DNA of 64,000 bases from Candidatus Versatilivorator sp. (lineage in GTDB: Bacteria; Acidobacteriota; Terriglobia; Versatilivoradales; Versatilivoraceae), in contig OZ242296.1 of NCBI GenBank assembly GCA_965207735.1, forward strand, positions 1,632,001-1,696,000. The letters run 5' to 3'. The notes below the pieces were generated by a model. The model saw only the letters and a program-made list of their open reading frames with translations. It was not told the origin of the DNA and ran no database searches. Positions within the stretch are counted from its first letter, which is position 1. Each line of letters opens with the position of its first letter. Made by a program: the position numbers and the translations under genes. Below are positions 29,347-39,409 of this stretch, in pieces.

Positions 29347-30120
29347 ATGAATATGCGCGCGGCTCTGGATCGGATGGGAGTTGGGGAAGACCTGCTTTCG
29401 GCCGAGGAAGAATCCTTCCTGGACGAGAACGGATACCTCGTCATTCCCGACATACTAACTCGGAACCAGGTCCGGACCTTCAACCATCACCTGGCGGCGC
29501 TGGCCGAGAAAGAGGACAACGGCGGCCGGGTGGAAGAGGGCTTTCAGCACGGCACCGTCGTGGTGCTGGACCTTGTCAACAAGGACCCTGTCTTCGACAT
29601 CTGTATCAGCCACCCGAGGATTCTGGCAGCCGTGGATCGCGTCCTGCCCAAGGGTTTTCGGCTGTCTTCTCTCTGTTCCCGAGCCGTGCTGCCCGGCGGC
29701 GGACACCAGGACCTTCATCCCGACTGGCATCCCGCCTGGTGGCGCGACCGCAAGCAGCCCAGCGACCACTTTTCCTGTAATACTCTCTGGATGCTGGACG
29801 ACTTCACGCCCGACAACGGCGCTACCCGGATTGTGCCGGGATCCCACCTGGGACTGACCTTCCCCGAGGATGAGATGGAAGACATGCAGCAGCCGCACCC
29901 CCGGGAAATCTCCCTCACCGGAACCGCGGGCACCGTGGTGGTCTTCACCGGACACACCTGGCACAGCGGGGTCAAGAATCGAGCCGATGCCCCTCGGCGG
30001 TCCATCACGGCCTATTTCTGCCGCCGGGATCAACCCCAGCAGACCGATCAGCGCGAGGCTCTTCAACCGGCTACTTCCCAACGACTCAGTCAAGCGACCC
30101 TCTACCTGCTGGATGTTTAA
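29347..30120 (+). CDS. phytanoyl-CoA dioxygenase family protein
   Basis: ENGYLVI, QDLHPD, WMLDDFTPDNGATRIVPGSH, TWHSG and PRR. Confidence 0.88.
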   Translation: MNMRAALDRMGVGEDLLSAEEESFLDENGYLVIPDILTRNQVRTFNHHLAALAEKEDNGGRVEEGFQHGTVVVLDLVNKDPVFDICISHPRILAAVDRVLPKGFRLSSLCSRAVLPGGGHQDLHPDWHPAWWRDRKQPSDHFSCNTLWMLDDFTPDNGATRIVPGSHLGLTFPEDEMEDMQQPHPREISLTGTAGTVVVFTGHTWHSGVKNRADAPRRSITAYFCRRDQPQQTDQREALQPATSQRLSQATLYLLDV

Positions 30121-30221
30121 CGTAAAACACTCCTGTTCCGCCCTATATGATCCGTTACATTGTGTGAGGCAGGGGCTCGGCTAACCTACATTTCGCGCGG
30201 GGGGGTCCGTTACACTTCCAT

Positions 30222-30240
30222 GAGCCTTTTGCAAAATTCG
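30222..30240. mobile_element. solo IS terminal inverted repeat (remnant)
   Basis: GAGCCTTTTGCAAAATTCG is identical to the 19-bp TIR of the IS at 53729-55215; no transposase nearby. Confidence 0.75.
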
Positions 30241-30258
30241 TCGTGCAGCACTGGTGCT

Positions 30259-30374
30259 GGGGACGTTGTTGAATTACTGGAATAACTTCGATCAGCCGCT
30301 CCTATATTGCTTTGATTCACTAACATCTCCTGCGTGCTCTCTGCCAGTTATTCCAGTAATTCAACAACGTCCCC
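30259..30374. repeat. 116-bp MITE/REP-like element with perfect 29-bp inverted ends
   Basis: GGGGACGTTGTTGAATTACTGGAATAACT (30259-30287) and its exact reverse complement (30346-30374). Confidence 0.85.
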
Positions 30375-30422
30375 TATTCGCTTCCTTTCAATGAGACCGC
30401 CAACCACCGCAGGAGCGCGCCT

Positions 30423-32144
30423 TTGAACCGCCGAAGATTTCTAAAGCAGCTCACCGGCCTCACCGGCGGCCTGGCTCTGACTCGGATAACGGCGCCTGCC
30501 TTCTCCCCCGGGCCCGCGGCTTCAGGTCGGCCTCGGACCGAAGAAAGCGCACGCCGGGAGACTCTCTACAACGGCATCCGGCTCCCGGACTCCTGGCCTC
30601 CCCGCTATCCCCCGGAGGACTTCCGCACTCCTGTCACGCCCCCATACCTGACGGAAATTCCCCAGGTCATCCCCATTGACCGGGGGCGGCAACTCTTTGT
30701 GGACGACTTCCTCATCTCCAGCAGCACTCTCAAGCGCTCCTATCACAGGGCCGTACTGCACCCGGAAAACCCGGTTCTGAAGCCGGAGACCGCCCTGGAG
30801 ATGAACGGGGGCCTGCAGCCGGTGGCCTGTCCCTTCAACGACGGCGTGTTCTACGACCCCGAGGACGGTTTGTTCAAGATGTGGTACCATGCCGGCTGGT
30901 TCGACGGCATTGCCTACGCCACCAGCCGGGACGGGATTCATTGGACCCGACCCCGCCTTGACGTCGACCCGGGAACCAACAGGGTCCTGGTTCGGGGAAA
31001 GGGATATGAAAGGGACGGGGTGGGAATCTGGCTGGACCAGGAGACTGCCGACCGGCAACAGCGATTCAAGATGTTCGCCTTCTTCAGGGGGCCGGACAAA
31101 TTCCGGAGGGGCGAGGTCTATTCCTCGGCGGACGGCATTCATTGGGGCGAGCCCACACCCACCGGCCCCTGCGGCGACAACACCACCTTTTTCTACAACC
31201 CCTTCCGCAAGGTCTGGGTCTACAGCATTCGCACCTTTCAATTCCAGCCCAGCCTGAGCCGGCTGCGGGGTTACCGGGAACATCCCGAGTTCGTGGGTGG
31301 AGCCGCTTGGGAAGAGAGCGACGTCCACCACTGGGCCGGCGCCGACGAACTGGACCCGCCGGCGCCCGACCTGGGCTATCCCACCCAGCTCTACAACGTG
31401 GACGCGGCAGGTTACGAGAGTCTGATGATCGGACTGCTGGCCATCCACCGGGGACCGCCCAACCGGATTTGCCTGGAGGGCGGGTTCCCCAAGCTCACCG
31501 AGTTGTGCCTGGGCTTCAGTCGAGACGGATTCCACTGGCACCGACCCGACCGGCGCTCCTTTATCGCCCCCTCCCGTCGCAAGGGCACCTGGAACCGAGC
31601 CTACCTCCATTCGGCCGGGGGCTGCTGCCTGGTGGTGGGCGACCGGCTCTACTTCTACTTCGGAGCCTGGTCGGGGGAATCCCCTAAGCTGGGAAGCCAT
31701 ATGTATGCGGGCGGAAGCACCGGTCTGGCCGTCCTGCGCAGGGACGGCTTCGCCTCGCTGGACGCCCCGGAATCGGGGGGCGCGGTCACCACCAGGCCAC
31801 TGCGATTCCAGGGCCGTCACCTGTTCGTCAACCTGCAGGCCCCGCGGGGGCAATTGCAAGCCGAGGTCCTTGACGCGCAAGGCGTCCCGATTGTTTCCTT
31901 TTCCAGGCAAAACTGCCTGCCGGTGACCGGAGACAGCACTCTCAGCCAAGTCGTTTGGAAGGAGGCCGCCGATCTTTCCCGTCTGGCCGGCCGGCCCGTC
32001 CGCTTTCGCTTTCACCTGACCAACGGCAAACTCTACTCATTCTGGGTCAGCCCCGAGGAAACCGGGGCCAGTAACGGTTACCTGGCTGCCGGCGGTCCCG
32101 GCTTCACCGGCCCCAGCGATACCGTGGGGCGCGGCGCTGGATAA
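30423..32144 (+). CDS. Tat-exported beta-propeller glycoside-hydrolase-like protein (GH32-like)
   Basis: NRRRFLK Tat motif; RQLFVDDFLI, FKMWY...YATSRDGIHW, SRDGFHW, LRRDGFASL and C-terminal beta-sandwich (VTTRPL.F.G..L.VN...KLYSFW). Confidence 0.75.
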   Translation: MNRRRFLKQLTGLTGGLALTRITAPAFSPGPAASGRPRTEESARRETLYNGIRLPDSWPPRYPPEDFRTPVTPPYLTEIPQVIPIDRGRQLFVDDFLISSSTLKRSYHRAVLHPENPVLKPETALEMNGGLQPVACPFNDGVFYDPEDGLFKMWYHAGWFDGIAYATSRDGIHWTRPRLDVDPGTNRVLVRGKGYERDGVGIWLDQETADRQQRFKMFAFFRGPDKFRRGEVYSSADGIHWGEPTPTGPCGDNTTFFYNPFRKVWVYSIRTFQFQPSLSRLRGYREHPEFVGGAAWEESDVHHWAGADELDPPAPDLGYPTQLYNVDAAGYESLMIGLLAIHRGPPNRICLEGGFPKLTELCLGFSRDGFHWHRPDRRSFIAPSRRKGTWNRAYLHSAGGCCLVVGDRLYFYFGAWSGESPKLGSHMYAGGSTGLAVLRRDGFASLDAPESGGAVTTRPLRFQGRHLFVNLQAPRGQLQAEVLDAQGVPIVSFSRQNCLPVTGDSTLSQVVWKEAADLSRLAGRPVRFRFHLTNGKLYSFWVSPEETGASNGYLAAGGPGFTGPSDTVGRGAG

Positions 32145-32318
32145 AGGGTTTTCCGAGGGCTCGGGTGCTTGACTTCGATGCGGTGCATGTATTTTGATTT
32201 TGATCGGCTTGCTGCAAAGGCGAACCATCGGGGCTTCAGAAATTCTTACCGCCGGAGAGGCCTACGACGGCTAATCCGGGGCTCTGTTCTTGACCCAATT
32301 CCAGTCGTTTGAGACGAG

Positions 32319-35258
32319 ATGGATATCGGACTCTTAAAATTCAGCCATGGGGGCCGGACTGCCAATGATTGCGACCCGCGATCTGACCCAGCCCCCGTTT
32401 CCGTGCCCTCCCGTTTGGCACAGGCGTTGAATAGGAGGATCCGGCTCCCGAAACAGGCCGCGAGCCGGTTCGTTCGCCTTGCAATCGTTGCACTTGTCGC
32501 AGTTGTAGCCATTGGCGGCGGAGGCGAGCGATTCCTGCTGGGCCAGGTCTCGGACTTCGAAAACAGACAGAGGCAGTTCGACAGCATCCGCGGCCAGCCG
32601 GGCAGCGACACTGACGACAGTCCACTCCACTGCAGTGACGGAGGCCCGGGCACGGGAATCTACATGGGCCACGTCTCGGGAGTCGAGGGCGCGGGCGCGT
32701 TTGACGATGTCGAGGTGCTGCTCACCTGCGGCAACGGAGTGTTTGAAAGGACGGTTCCGGGACCCGACGGGGGGTTTGTCTTCATGGGGCTGCCGGACGG
32801 GGACTACGTGGTCACGGTGCGCAAGACGGGCTACCGGGGGCCGCCTTCCAGGCGATTCCGCCTGGAAGGGGGCGAGATCACCTCGCCACCGCCGGGTGCG
32901 ATTGACCGGGAATACGTGTTGGCGCCCGTGGACCCGGACACCTTCGTCTATCACTGGGAGGAAGATCAGAGCACGGCCGGCTACGACTACTCGGCCCATG
33001 TCAATGAGCCGCTGGAGGTGGAGTTTCTGGGCGAGCCGATCGAGGTGAGCGACAACTCGTCGGCCATAAGGCTGAATCGCGACTACAGCATCCTGTTGGT
33101 GGACAGTGACGGCGGCAGCTGGACCCGGGAGCACGCCTATCGGTTGCTGGAGACGATGAAGACCATTCCGCAGGACGAGCGGCCGGCTCCTGAGGACAAA
33201 TCACGGGGTGCTAGCCAATGGATGCTCACGTCGGAGCATGTGGAAAACGACATTCGGATCACTGGCGGAGACGTGTTGAGCGAGAGGACGGTTCTGATTT
33301 CCGAGGAGGCGTTTGTCAACGCGAGCCCGAGGATTGCCCTGATCGAGGGAAAGCGGGGGAAGTATTACTCGCAGCGGTTGCACCATGCCCTGGTGCGCTT
33401 CGTCACCGACAACGGTCGACACGAGGGGTCTTACGAGAAGATCCTGCAGGAGCGGTTCGGGGTCACCACGCGGATCACCGAGCACACGACCTACAGGGAA
33501 CTGACGGCCTCCACCACCGGTGAAGGGGCATCGCGCTTTCAGAAGTTCCATTCCGAGGAGATCGTGCAGCTCATCAACACCCTGGAGGAAGTGCCTTCAG
33601 GCGTGCACAAGATCCCGGAACTGAGGTACCTGGTCCGCCGCCTGGACGGAACCCCCCATCCGCTCTATCCGGATGCACCGGCGGTGGCCTGGACAGGTGC
33701 CGGCTATATCGAGTTCATGGACACCGCTTTCCTGCAGGACTCCGTCACGGCCGTGCACCGCTTGATCCTTCACGAAAAGGCGCACTTCCTGTGGGCGCAT
33801 CTGTTCGATGAGCAGTTGAAGGCGGATTGGATCGAGCTGGGCGGCTGGTACAAGGATGTGCGGAGCCCGAGCGGCTGGTACACCACCAAGCAGACGGAAT
33901 TCGTCAGCGCTTACGGCCATGCCATCAACCCCAATGAGGACATGGCCGAGTCGGTCGCCTTCTTCGTAATCAACCCCGACAAGCTCAGGTCACGGGCCAT
34001 CGGCAAGTACGAGTTTGTGCGCGACCGGATCATGCAGGGAAACTTCTATATCTCGCAGATTCGGGAGGACCTGACCTTCGAGGTCTACAACCTGTATCCC
34101 GACTATGTCTTTCCAGGAAAGATCCGCAGGGTGGACATCCGGGTCACGGGTGCTCCAGAGGAGGACAAGACCGCCCGGATCGAGGTCGAGCTGCATGCAT
34201 TGGACAGGGTTCTCGAGGGGGCGACGGACGTTTACATGAGGATCTTCAGCGATGTCGGCACCTACGTGGATGTGACCCTGCATCCCCAGGGTGTCGTTCG
34301 CGGTAGACCGGACACGGTGCTCTCCGGAGGATTCACCCTGAGCAAGTTCGCCAAGGCGGGGTACTGGATCCCGGATGAAGTCGCAATTACCGACGAACAC
34401 GGCAACGAGCGGTTCGAGAGTATCAATGACTTCGGATGGAGTCTCTACGTGAATAATCCGCTCGAGGATGTCACGCCCCCGCGGTATGTGAGGAACTCGG
34501 CCTCACTCACCAAGTCGGTTGAATTCCGGGAAGGACAAGAAATTCAAATGATTCGGGCCAGCTGGCAGGTGGAGGAGGATACGGGAATGCGTGATTCAAG
34601 CCCCTGCCGCGCGTTTCTCAACGACGAACTCCTGGACACCTATCTCTTTGAGCGGTACGGGGACTACGACTCACAGAGTGGGCGCTGCGAAATCCTGTTC
34701 GTGATGCCGCACTACATGCCCTCATCGGTGTACACAATGGCCTATATCTGGATGATTGACCTTGCCTTGAACCAGTCCGGCACCTACTTCCGCCATCCGG
34801 GCCATGGCCTAAGGGAAGAAGATACAGTCGTCGATGAAGCGGGACAACAAGTCGAATTGATTACGAACAACCCGGACACAAAGGCCCCGGAGGTGGACCT
34901 CAACGCCATTGAAATCAGTGCCGAGCCCACCAATCCGGACGCACCCAACGGCGAGACCCTGGTCACCGTAGTCTTCCGTGTACGTGACAACATTTCGGGC
35001 TATGTGGCGGCCGGCCTTTACTTGCGAGATCCCCAAGGTATCGACCACCACTACGGAGTCGATAACCCGAATAGAAGCAATCTTTTCCCGTCCGGAGATC
35101 CAGCCCAATGGACAACATATGGGAAAACCATAATTCTGCCGCCGGGCTCGGCGCCAGGGACGTGGGGTCTGGCAAACATGACTGTTGCGGACAGGGCAGG
35201 AAACTTCCAACGGTACGACTTTACCGAGATCATCCATTTCGACGTCGAGAGCGACTGA
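32319..35258 (+). CDS. large secreted Zn-metallopeptidase-like protein with carboxypeptidase-regulatory-like N-domain
   Basis: DGGFVFMGLPDGDYVVTVRKTGY domain, ILHEKAHF (HEXXH) and downstream FVSAYG...NPNEDMAES; hydrophobic N-terminal segment. Start uncertain. Confidence 0.7.
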   Translation: MDIGLLKFSHGGRTANDCDPRSDPAPVSVPSRLAQALNRRIRLPKQAASRFVRLAIVALVAVVAIGGGGERFLLGQVSDFENRQRQFDSIRGQPGSDTDDSPLHCSDGGPGTGIYMGHVSGVEGAGAFDDVEVLLTCGNGVFERTVPGPDGGFVFMGLPDGDYVVTVRKTGYRGPPSRRFRLEGGEITSPPPGAIDREYVLAPVDPDTFVYHWEEDQSTAGYDYSAHVNEPLEVEFLGEPIEVSDNSSAIRLNRDYSILLVDSDGGSWTREHAYRLLETMKTIPQDERPAPEDKSRGASQWMLTSEHVENDIRITGGDVLSERTVLISEEAFVNASPRIALIEGKRGKYYSQRLHHALVRFVTDNGRHEGSYEKILQERFGVTTRITEHTTYRELTASTTGEGASRFQKFHSEEIVQLINTLEEVPSGVHKIPELRYLVRRLDGTPHPLYPDAPAVAWTGAGYIEFMDTAFLQDSVTAVHRLILHEKAHFLWAHLFDEQLKADWIELGGWYKDVRSPSGWYTTKQTEFVSAYGHAINPNEDMAESVAFFVINPDKLRSRAIGKYEFVRDRIMQGNFYISQIREDLTFEVYNLYPDYVFPGKIRRVDIRVTGAPEEDKTARIEVELHALDRVLEGATDVYMRIFSDVGTYVDVTLHPQGVVRGRPDTVLSGGFTLSKFAKAGYWIPDEVAITDEHGNERFESINDFGWSLYVNNPLEDVTPPRYVRNSASLTKSVEFREGQEIQMIRASWQVEEDTGMRDSSPCRAFLNDELLDTYLFERYGDYDSQSGRCEILFVMPHYMPSSVYTMAYIWMIDLALNQSGTYFRHPGHGLREEDTVVDEAGQQVELITNNPDTKAPEVDLNAIEISAEPTNPDAPNGETLVTVVFRVRDNISGYVAAGLYLRDPQGIDHHYGVDNPNRSNLFPSGDPAQWTTYGKTIILPPGSAPGTWGLANMTVADRAGNFQRYDFTEIIHFDVESD

Positions 35259-35361
35259 GAAAAACGTCCTTGAGCCCCCGTGGCGGGTCAGTGGTCCCCT
35301 TTGCGCAACATGCTCACCGAATCCCAAGCGTGTATGCTCCTTCCTTCAGCCTCTTTGCAAT

Positions 35362-36912
35362 TCAATCCCGAAAGCGGAAGGAGAACAGGTCGGCGTCCTT
35401 CATCACGAAACGGAGGCGCACCGACTTCCCCGCCAACCGGCTCACATCCTGGCTGCCCTCCCAGGCCACGATCGGGGTCTGGTAGCTGATGTTGCTCTCG
35501 GCGGCGGTGCTCTTGGGATCCCGGCCGGTGCTCAGCGGGGGCGGCACCTCTCCCCAAGCCACGCTACGCGAGATCTCGTCTCCGATGATCTCCGGACACT
35601 CCGCCAGCGAAAAACCCGGAATGGGTTGCCCGTCCTCGGTTTGGATCTCAACCCGAATGCTGCCGGCGGCGCTGGTTGAATAGTTGATCTCCAGCCGGCT
35701 CCCCTCGAAGGTAATGGGCCTGGTCACCATTTCTCCCCCATGATGGCGGGCATGCAGCGAGGCGAATCCGTCCAGGCGCAGGGACAACCGTTGCAGGTGG
35801 GCGGTGGACTGGCCATAGTCCCGCTGCAGGTAGAGAGACATCTCCGCCGGGCCGGTCCGCACCACCCCCAGGGCCGGGTAGTTGGTTCGGGTGGACCAGT
35901 TGCTCTGACCGGGTCCGGGCCGAACAAAGCTTTCCTTGAAGGTGAAGTCGTAGCGGGTCGACCCCGCCCGGGTAGACAGCAACACGGCGTCGGAGACATC
36001 CCGCATGCCCCCGCTGATGCGGTTGTGGCGCAAATCGAGGAATTTCAGCTCGCCTGGCGTCAGCAAGCGCCGGCCGAAATGGATGCGGCCCGGAAGCGAG
36101 ATGTAGATCTGGGGCGCACGGAAATAGGGTTGGGTCTGGTTGGTGTAGAGGTGCTGGGAGGGCGTGGTGGTACCCGTGTCGCTGTAGCTCATGTGCGTCT
36201 GCGGACTCCAGTTGAGAAAATCACCGGAGGTGGCCCGTGCCATGGCCCGGCGCCCTCCCACCATGTGGCGGGCGTAGAGCACGTACTGCTGTTCCACCTC
36301 CGACCAGAACATGGTGTTCTGCGAATCGAAGTTGTTCTCCATGCCATAGGGGACTATGGGAGCTTCCCGAATCTTTCGCCAGCGAACGCCGTCTTCCGAA
36401 ACGTAGCCCACCAAGCTGTACGGTGCCTCGACGTCTCTTGCGTTGGCCTTGTAGCGTTCCGACCGGGGCACCCCCGGGCGGGTATCCAGGAAGGCGCAGA
36501 ACTGGCCCGAAGCGGGCACGATGACGTTGTTGGCGGTGGAGCCGTCGACTTCGACCAACCCCAGGTTGGGCTTGGTCCAGTGGATTCCGTCCCGGCTCTC
36601 GGCATAGCAGGTCAGGCGGGGCCTGCCAAGTCGGCAACGGTAGTACATCCGGTAGACATCGCCATCCTTGAGGACGGTGGTGTAGAAGGCCAGCTTGTCC
36701 TCCCAGGGCTGGTCATACTTGATGGCGATGTCTTCCGGTCTGGGTTGCTGGAGCCTCAGCTCCAGACCTTCCAGTCGGTCCACCAGGTACCGGTCCACAA
36801 AGAGCTGGCGCTGCGAGCCCAGGGACAGCGCCTGGGAAACACCGGCTACCGGCAAGGCCAGAACCAGGACTACCGCTGCCGCCATCAAATTGCTCAAGCT
36901 GTTGGGTCTCAT
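35362..36912 (-). CDS. secreted beta-propeller glycoside-hydrolase-like protein
   Basis: Sec-type signal, RQLFVDRYL, YRMYY...YAESRDGIHWTKP, FDSQN, LRLDGFASL and DADLFSFRF; same superfamily as 30423..32144. Confidence 0.78.
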   Translation of the reverse strand: MRPNSLSNLMAAAVVLVLALPVAGVSQALSLGSQRQLFVDRYLVDRLEGLELRLQQPRPEDIAIKYDQPWEDKLAFYTTVLKDGDVYRMYYRCRLGRPRLTCYAESRDGIHWTKPNLGLVEVDGSTANNVIVPASGQFCAFLDTRPGVPRSERYKANARDVEAPYSLVGYVSEDGVRWRKIREAPIVPYGMENNFDSQNTMFWSEVEQQYVLYARHMVGGRRAMARATSGDFLNWSPQTHMSYSDTGTTTPSQHLYTNQTQPYFRAPQIYISLPGRIHFGRRLLTPGELKFLDLRHNRISGGMRDVSDAVLLSTRAGSTRYDFTFKESFVRPGPGQSNWSTRTNYPALGVVRTGPAEMSLYLQRDYGQSTAHLQRLSLRLDGFASLHARHHGGEMVTRPITFEGSRLEINYSTSAAGSIRVEIQTEDGQPIPGFSLAECPEIIGDEISRSVAWGEVPPPLSTGRDPKSTAAESNISYQTPIVAWEGSQDVSRLAGKSVRLRFVMKDADLFSFRFRD

Positions 36913-36997
36913 TGGATTTCCTCCCTCGAACCGGCATCCGCCGCCGGAACCGGCTTCCTTCCTGTCCGCTAGATGCACGGGTTGAAATGGAACAGGC

Positions 36998-38071
36998 ATG
37001 AGGATATCATCCCTGCCCTGCATTTCTCAGCGGGCTCCCGGGCTCAAACGAGTCGGCGGCAACAGCCCCCAAAGCATTCCCGGCAAACCCTTGGCGCTCA
37101 TCCAACCCGAAGACCGCGACTTTTTTGAACGGGAGCTGGCTTCCTTCCTGCCCGATCGGGTGTTCGACGCCCATGCTCACGTCTGGGGCCACGACAACAT
37201 GCACCCCGGCCGCAGGATCGCCTCCCTGCCCAGGGACGGAGATTACCAGGAGTTCTCTCGCCTGCAGCAGGCGCTGCACCCCGGACGGACCTGCGCGGCC
37301 AACATCTTTCACCGCATCTGCCCGCCGGAACACTTCGAGGAGGCGAACCGCTGGACCAGCCGGCAGGTCGCCTGCAATCCCCAATACCGCGGTCTGTTCC
37401 TGACCGGTCCGGAGGCTGACCCCGAGTGGCTGCGGCAGGAGGTGCGGCGGCTGCGGCTGGCCGGACTCAAGTGCTACCACGTCTACGCCAAGGTCAAACC
37501 GACCTGGGAAGCTCAGATTCCCGACTTCCTCCCGGAATCCCACGTCAGAATGGCTCACCAGGAAGGCTGGGCCATCATGCTGCACATGGTCAGGTCGCGG
37601 GCCTGCGCCGACCCCGGCAATATACGATGGATCCGCCACTACTGCACCACCTATCCAGACATGAAGCTGATTCTGGCCCATTCGGCCCGGGGCTTCCAGC
37701 CGGCCCACAACCTGGAGGGTCTCCCTCACCTGAAAGGGCTGGACAATCTCTGGTTCGATACCAGCGCCAATTGCGAAGCCATGGCCCACCAGGCCATCAT
37801 CCGCATCATCGGGCACCGGCGGCTCATGTACGGCACCGACATCCCGGTCAGCCACTTGCGCGGGAGGTCGGCCGCCGCGGCCGACACTTTTTTCTGGGCT
37901 TATCAGGAATCTCCCGTCTGGGGCGAGCGGCACTCTGAGATCAAGCCGGTGCTGATCGGACTGGAGCACTTGCGTTCGCTCAAGTGGGCCTGCTGGTCGG
38001 AACGCTTGAGCGACACCCAGGTCGAAGACATTTTCTGGAACAACGCGGCCCAACTCTTTGCAATTGAATAA
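36998..38071 (+). CDS. amidohydrolase family protein
   Basis: FDAHAH, GLKCYH, MLH, ILAHSARGF, WFDTS, YGTD and WNNA. Start uncertain. Confidence 0.85.
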   Translation: MRISSLPCISQRAPGLKRVGGNSPQSIPGKPLALIQPEDRDFFERELASFLPDRVFDAHAHVWGHDNMHPGRRIASLPRDGDYQEFSRLQQALHPGRTCAANIFHRICPPEHFEEANRWTSRQVACNPQYRGLFLTGPEADPEWLRQEVRRLRLAGLKCYHVYAKVKPTWEAQIPDFLPESHVRMAHQEGWAIMLHMVRSRACADPGNIRWIRHYCTTYPDMKLILAHSARGFQPAHNLEGLPHLKGLDNLWFDTSANCEAMAHQAIIRIIGHRRLMYGTDIPVSHLRGRSAAAADTFFWAYQESPVWGERHSEIKPVLIGLEHLRSLKWACWSERLSDTQVEDIFWNNAAQLFAIE

Positions 38072-38094
38072 CTTCAAGGCCACAGGAGGCATCC

Positions 38095-39087
38095 ATGGCA
38101 ACCGTTCATCCTGAATATATCCCTCGCGAGGAAGACCGGGAGTTCTACCAGCGCGAACTGGCCTCGTTCATTCCCGACAAGGTGTTCGACGCCCACACCC
38201 ACGTCTGGCACCCGGACCACAACGTCTTTGCGCAGAGTTTCCCTCCCCTGGTGGACTACGAGAACTACCTGCGATTGATGGAGGACCTCTATCCCGGCAG
38301 AGTCGCCAAGGGCTTGTTCATACCCACCTTTCGCGATCCCGTGAACATCCCCGCGGCCAACCAATGGACGGGAGACCAGACCGCCAAGGACGCGAACTGC
38401 CGGGGGCACTTCTTCATCACTCCCGAGGACGATCCCGAGTGGGTGCGCCAGGAGGTCAAGCGCCTGAAGCTCCACGGCCTGAAGTGCTACCACACCCTGG
38501 CCCGGAACGCGGACCCGACCTGGGAAGCCGAGATCCCCGACTACCTGCCAGAGTCACACATCCGGGTGGCTCACGAAGAAGGCTGGACCATCACTTTGCA
38601 CATGGTCAAGGCCCGGGCCGCCGCCGATCCGGGCAACATCCACTGGATCCGGCATTACTGCGAGAACTATCCCGACATGCAGTTGATTCTGGCCCATTCG
38701 GCCCGGGGTTTCCAGCCGGCCCACAACCTGGAGGGACTGCCCCACCTGAGGGGGCTGGACAACCTCTGGTTCGACACCAGCGCCAACTGCGAAGCCATGG
38801 CTCACCAAGCCATCATCCGCATCATCGGGCACGACAAGCTGCTCTATGGAGGCGACCTGCCGGTCACCCACGCGCGCGGCCGTTCGGTTTCAGTCGAGGA
38901 TTCTTTTCTCTGGCTGGACGGAGACTCCCCGCACTGGCGGGAAAAACATCAACAGCTCAGCCCGGTGCTCACCGGCCTGGAGCACTTGCGCTCGCTCAAG
39001 TGGGCCTGCTGGTCCGAGCGGCTCACCGACACCCAGGTGGAGGACATCTTCTGGAACAACGCGGCTGGGCTGTTGGGATTGAAGTGA
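38095..39087 (+). CDS. amidohydrolase family protein (tandem paralog)
   Basis: FDAHTH, GLKCYH, ILAHSARGF and YGGD; AGGAGG RBS. Confidence 0.88.
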   Translation: MATVHPEYIPREEDREFYQRELASFIPDKVFDAHTHVWHPDHNVFAQSFPPLVDYENYLRLMEDLYPGRVAKGLFIPTFRDPVNIPAANQWTGDQTAKDANCRGHFFITPEDDPEWVRQEVKRLKLHGLKCYHTLARNADPTWEAEIPDYLPESHIRVAHEEGWTITLHMVKARAAADPGNIHWIRHYCENYPDMQLILAHSARGFQPAHNLEGLPHLRGLDNLWFDTSANCEAMAHQAIIRIIGHDKLLYGGDLPVTHARGRSVSVEDSFLWLDGDSPHWREKHQQLSPVLTGLEHLRSLKWACWSERLTDTQVEDIFWNNAAGLLGLK

Positions 39088-39110
39088 AGGGGGAAAGGGG
39101 TGGCTGGGCC

Positions 39111-39269
39111 TCAACACCTTGGAATGAGAATAAGCACTATGGCCTCAGCCAAATTCTCGCGTGCTTCCTCACTGGTCTTGCCTTGACCGTTGGCTCCGGG
39201 AATTTCAGGGCAGTAGGCAATATACCATTCCCCATCCTGCTCAATAATCGCCGTGAATTCGTTTTTCAT
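39111..39269 (-). pseudogene. HicB family antitoxin, C-terminally truncated
   Basis: MKNEFTAIIEQDGEWYIAYCPEIPGANGQGKT.EEARENLAEAI then ends abruptly; no hicA follows. Confidence 0.75.
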
Positions 39270-39376
39270 CGAAAACCTTTCTTGGAGACCATTGCGCTCC
39301 AAGACGAAATTTTGAGAGTTCGACGTCAACTTCCGCAACGTAGCTTCCTTCGTGAACAAGCTTCGTCCGTTTTTTC

Positions 39377-39409
39377 TTACAGGATACTGGCATCAATCAA
39401 AACCGCCAC
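39377..39409 (-). pseudogene. 10-codon remnant of a VapC/PIN toxin
   Basis: GTG-start MAVLIDASIL* overlapping the antitoxin 3' end; matches the PIN N-terminal strand (xLIDxSIL). Confidence 0.55.
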
